A DNA stretch of 63,976 nt, the filler included, from Perkinsus olseni (Eukaryota), in NCBI GenBank assembly GCA_013115125.1. It is 10 parts of 10 records of this genome, joined end to end, with 100 filler letters (N's around TTAATTAATTAA, not from the genome) between each part and the next. Parts side by side here need not be neighbours in the genome. Positions count along the whole stretch, not along the records: positions 58,967 to 63,976 come from JABANN010001225.1; 9 more parts are not named here. The stretch is one strand, 5' to 3'. Below, in pieces: positions 61,031 through 63,976 of the stretch. Each line of letters starts with the position of its first letter. Within the stretch, counting starts at the first letter, position 1. Below the pieces are notes generated by a model. The model was not told the origin of the DNA. It saw nothing but the letters and a program-made list of their open reading frames with translations, and made no database searches. The position numbers and the translations under genes were made by a program.

Positions 61031-63220
61031 ATGCCCCTACCATCGCCTCCACATACCCGACCCGAACCACCGATGACGCTAAGTAATGATGACACCACCA
61101 CCACCACCCAGTCCGACAGGCTTCCCGGTACTACTAGCAGCGATGAGCAACTGATGGTGATAACTGCTGCTGGCCGCCGCCGCCGCGGCAGTACTCATGA
61201 TGTTGATACCACTACTATCAGTAGGGATGATGGTATCAGATGGAACTCTCCGCGGGTCGAGGATGTTGGGAGGAGGGGCTCGTCAGCATCACCAACCTCT
61301 GCTGCTGTTAGGGTGCGGAATCGTAATACATTCTTGCATTTTACCACAACTACCGCACCAGCAGAGTCTGCTGCTGTTGGTCATCATCATGACGATGATG
61401 ATTATCATCCGATGTTTAATCCGACCTGTAGAGGGGAAGAAGGAGATACCTCGCAACATCATCAACATCGTTCATCAAGTGCATCTGATGATAGTAATCA
61501 CAATACTGCGAACGATGGTGATGCTACTATGGTCACAGTTCATGCTGGTATACGGGGTATTAGTAGTAGTAATAAGAATAATAATAATAATAATAGTATA
61601 GATGATGATGATGATGATGATGCTTGTCGTGATGATACACCATATCCAACAACTCATCCTTATCGATATTATTATTATGATGGTAGTAGTAGTGGTAGTT
61701 TTACTAATAACGATCGTAGTCTTAATCCTGATCATCATTGTGATTACGGGTGTGCTTCTGGTGGTGGTGGTGGTGGTGGTGGATCGTCATCTTCAAGATC
61801 AGAATCTTCACTATTATCATTAGATTTTGCCCCTACCCCAGGTGCTGGAAGGTCTCCACCGGGCGAACTAAGTGATAATATTATGATGATGATGATCAGC
61901 CCGCGGGTTAGGTCACAAAGCGACTGTTTAGATTTGACTAATCATATGAGATTACGATTGGGTAGTAACGCTGGTGACGAAGAGGAAGAAGAGGAGGATA
62001 GTCTCCAACGCCATCATCAGGGTTATGAGCAGGGCACTAGTATATTCATGAGTATTCATGAATCCTACAATGCTGATAACAACAGCACAGAGGATGGCGG
62101 ATATTTTGGGCGAAAAGCTAATACTGAGGGAAGGGGGTCCACTACTACTCAGTCTGCTGCTGCTAGTTTGATGCAGAGTTGTAGTATAGGACAGGGGGGT
62201 GCCAATGATGATGGATTTGATGATCTGGTATTGGTTGTTGAGGAGGATCCAGCTCCTCCTCCGCCTACTGTGACTGCGGAGGATGCCAGCGGAGTCTACC
62301 AGAGGCGAAGGGTATATGACCAGCAGTACCACAAACAACAACAACAACATGGACATGGTCCGAGACATCATGATGGACTAACAACGGGATCAGCAACGAC
62401 GACGACAACGACTACGAATTTGGATGTATCACTCCCTGGTGGTGGCGAAGGTCGCATAACTTCTTCTTCTGTTGGTGGTGGTGGTGGTGGTGGTGAGGAG
62501 AGATCTATCGACGACATCAGAACTAGAGATCACGCTCAGACATATCATTTGCCTAATTCTATGAAGACGACTGTTATGTTACGTAACATACCCAATAAGT
62601 ATACCCAAAGGATGTTGTTGGAAGTACTGGCAGAGGAAGGCTTCACGGATAAGGTTGACTTCTTCTATTTACCTATTGATTTCCGCAATAAATGTAATGT
62701 TGGTTATGCATTTATCAATTTATGTTCACATGAATATGCATTACAGTTTATGAATGTATTCCATCATTATAAGCTTACTGCCTTCAACTCCCTCAAGGTA
62801 TGTGAGACTGGCTTTGCCAGGATACAAGGTCTACAGGCTAATATAAACCATTATCGGAACTCACCCGTCAATGAGGTTTCAATACCAGAATACCGCCCAT
62901 TACTCTTCAATAATGGTAAAGAAGTGCCATTCCCACAACCAATAGTAGACGAAGGTGCTGCTGCTACTACTACTGCAAGGGAAGGATTGGGAGGTCGAGG
63001 AGGACCTCGTAATAATAATACTGTTATCCCCACACCACCACCACCACCACCAAGGATGATGACCGCAGCAGGAGTATCTTCAGGCTTATTATCGTGGTCT
63101 GATAATAATAATACTATGAATGAGCAGTATCCCGTATCGCGTGTGTATCAAGGGTATTATCGTAAGGATCCTACTCCTCATCGACCAGATCCACGGTATC
63201 ATCAATCCCAGTACAAGTAA
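61031..63220 (+). CDS. MEI2-like RNA-binding protein (C-terminal RRM3/RRM_2), intronless
   Basis: KTTVMLRNIPNKYTQ, DFFYLPIDFRNKCNVGYAFIN and ARIQG...HYRNS. The rest is low complexity. Confidence 0.88.
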   Translation: MPLPSPPHTRPEPPMTLSNDDTTTTTQSDRLPGTTSSDEQLMVITAAGRRRRGSTHDVDTTTISRDDGIRWNSPRVEDVGRRGSSASPTSAAVRVRNRNTFLHFTTTTAPAESAAVGHHHDDDDYHPMFNPTCRGEEGDTSQHHQHRSSSASDDSNHNTANDGDATMVTVHAGIRGISSSNKNNNNNNSIDDDDDDDACRDDTPYPTTHPYRYYYYDGSSSGSFTNNDRSLNPDHHCDYGCASGGGGGGGGSSSSRSESSLLSLDFAPTPGAGRSPPGELSDNIMMMMISPRVRSQSDCLDLTNHMRLRLGSNAGDEEEEEEDSLQRHHQGYEQGTSIFMSIHESYNADNNSTEDGGYFGRKANTEGRGSTTTQSAAASLMQSCSIGQGGANDDGFDDLVLVVEEDPAPPPPTVTAEDASGVYQRRRVYDQQYHKQQQQHGHGPRHHDGLTTGSATTTTTTTNLDVSLPGGGEGRITSSSVGGGGGGGEERSIDDIRTRDHAQTYHLPNSMKTTVMLRNIPNKYTQRMLLEVLAEEGFTDKVDFFYLPIDFRNKCNVGYAFINLCSHEYALQFMNVFHHYKLTAFNSLKVCETGFARIQGLQANINHYRNSPVNEVSIPEYRPLLFNNGKEVPFPQPIVDEGAAATTTAREGLGGRGGPRNNNTVIPTPPPPPPRMMTAAGVSSGLLSWSDNNNTMNEQYPVSRVYQGYYRKDPTPHRPDPRYHQSQYK

Positions 63221-63976
63221 GAATAATGATACTATCATCAAGGATCCAGCAGCAAGAACAATAACAACAATGGCCATCACAATTGTGCTCATCGTTGTTG
63301 TTTTTATTTCGTATACCATTCCAAACCTACTTCATAACACTGGTAATATTCTGTATAATTTGGTATCAATGATTTGGACGACGAATCCTCTTTTCCTCCT
63401 CAACCTCATCATCACACTTCCTTCATAACTATAAGGAGTAGCAATCAGGATTACACTGTTACTATTTACTCATCTACTGCTTGTGTTAATAGTCAAGGGC
63501 GTTGCGCAGCACAATCGATGTTACCGCCGCCGCTCACATCATGGTTGACACGAGACCAAGGAGAGCTAAACTCCATCCCTCGGTGGGTGGTGTTGGACTT
63601 GGGTTAGGTTGTACCACGGTTATCCTCACACCCCAACACCCATCCCTGCTGAGCAGCTCGAACGTACGAAGATTTCACCACATATTTGCACGCATGCGCA
63701 TAGCGAGCCAGGGCGTTGCACGTGCACGTTAATGCCAATGGGGCTGCTGCTGCTGCTGCTGCTGCTGCTGCCGCCATTGCTCATATGACAGGCTTTGAGT
63801 ATATTAACGCAAATCATGGTCAATAATGATGGAATGATGGCAATCATCCCTCACATGATGATCATTATCGTAACATCATCCATTATCATGTTACACCCCC
63901 TTCATGTTGCTGTACGCGGACTTAGTATGGTACCAACTTGTTACCTTATGATTCTTCAGCATTCTACATTAGCTGT

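Noticed and set aside
1-63976. Spliced-leader RNA genes or relics, rRNA and tRNA genes
   Set aside because: No convincing match was seen by eye. An Infernal or tRNAscan run would be needed to exclude them.

Overview
The window is not one locus. It is ten unrelated contigs of about 6.4-6.5 kb, sorted by decreasing length and joined by artificial 100-nt spacers (44 N + TTAATTAATTAA + 44 N). The DNA is eukaryotic, gene-dense and has mostly short GT-AG introns. The gene and domain content most resembles the alveolate parasite Perkinsus, which is an inference. Host genes recognised: three deoC copies, an amino-acid permease, two inverted PGM2 3' ends, an SLC35F/EamA transporter, a signal-peptide plus Cys-module L-asparaginase, an MLO-like protein with EF-hands, a Thr-rich mucin, a MenC-like enzyme, an ACC-synthase-like aminotransferase, LETM1, two paralogous secreted proteins, the 3' part of CAND1 and a MEI2-like RRM protein. 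Mobile DNA: a Ty3/Gypsy element with an extra 3' ORF, an intact-looking tyrosine-recombinase retroelement (ORF1, RT-RNase H, YR) and three TIR/TSD-bounded MITEs. Three signals stand out. (1) About 36 AGGCCT sites, nearly all in one orientation, are embedded in all three reading frames of the Gypsy element. (2) The YR retroelement is flanked by hairpins rather than recognisable LTRs or split repeats. (3) A palindrome architecture X-n-X'-n-X with 7-nt period recurs with different sequences on three contigs. Gene models were spliced by eye, so the boundaries of multi-exon genes are approximate.
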